Assembly (NCBI GenBank): GCA_043799545.1
Contig: JAZDNO010000006.1
Location: forward strand, 157,868 to 221,867
Source of the DNA: Methanobacteriota archaeon
GTDB taxonomy: Archaea > Thermoplasmatota > Thermoplasmata > SG8-5 > DAIRED01
Direction of reading: 5' to 3'
DNA: 64,000 bases
A model generated the notes under the pieces. The model was not told the DNA's origin, did not search any database, and saw only the letters and a list, made by a program, of their open reading frames with translations. Shown one piece after another: positions 63,992 to 64,000 of this stretch. The position numbers and the translations under genes are program-made. The first letter of the stretch is position 1. Each line of letters opens with the position of its first letter.

Positions 63992-64000
63992 TTCGTTCGA

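Larger units (their letters stand above)
61145..64000. mobile_element. Left part of a tRNA-Glu-associated integrated element (integrase plus co-oriented small genes); the right end is outside the window
   Basis: The integrase abuts the 3' end of the tRNA. Five co-oriented ORFs have overlapping junctions. No second att copy is visible in the window. Confidence 0.65.

Overview
Gene-dense archaeal chromosomal segment, about 60% GC, coding on both strands. The archaeal call rests on sn-glycerol-1-phosphate dehydrogenase (egsA), GatE, topoisomerase VI A/B, deoxyhypusine synthase, class III (prepilin-type) signal peptides, A/T-rich TATA-like boxes roughly 15-45 nt upstream of starts, and a tRNA without encoded CCA. 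It is probably a euryarchaeote; Thermoplasmata-like is only a guess. I support about 55 CDS, one tRNA-Glu(UUC), several repeat families, a few promoter/operator candidates and the left part of an integrated element. Housekeeping genes: acs, purB, folD, gatE, top6A/B, dys, egsA, larB/larE, an aminotransferase, an ABC-2 exporter, and CDF, MFS, ClC and MarC transporters. Findings worth a second look, in rough order: (1) a Ras/Rab-like small GTPase convergent with a giant transmembrane surface protein whose cytoplasmic tail looks Roadblock/longin-like, next to a divergent 14-repeat FG-GAP protein, with a soluble paralogue of the tail domain at 56.4 kb; (2) a 656-bp intergenic region with tandem structured repeats that show compensatory stem substitutions; (3) a 1798-aa Lhr helicase with two AlkZ/YcaQ-like modules, followed by a helicase-less NucS-N/RQC/HRDC protein; (4) a citF + citryl-CoA-lyase-like + HD operon lacking citD/citE; (5) an in-frame TAG inside deoxyhypusine synthase; (6) a membrane protein with two DnaJ-type Cys-rich clusters; (7) a low-GC islet flanked by imperfect direct repeats; (8) a tRNA-Glu-linked integrase element running off the right edge. 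All function calls come from motif and pattern recognition by eye; no database search was run. Many long ORFs in the track are antisense shadows of real genes, as expected at this GC content, and were not called.
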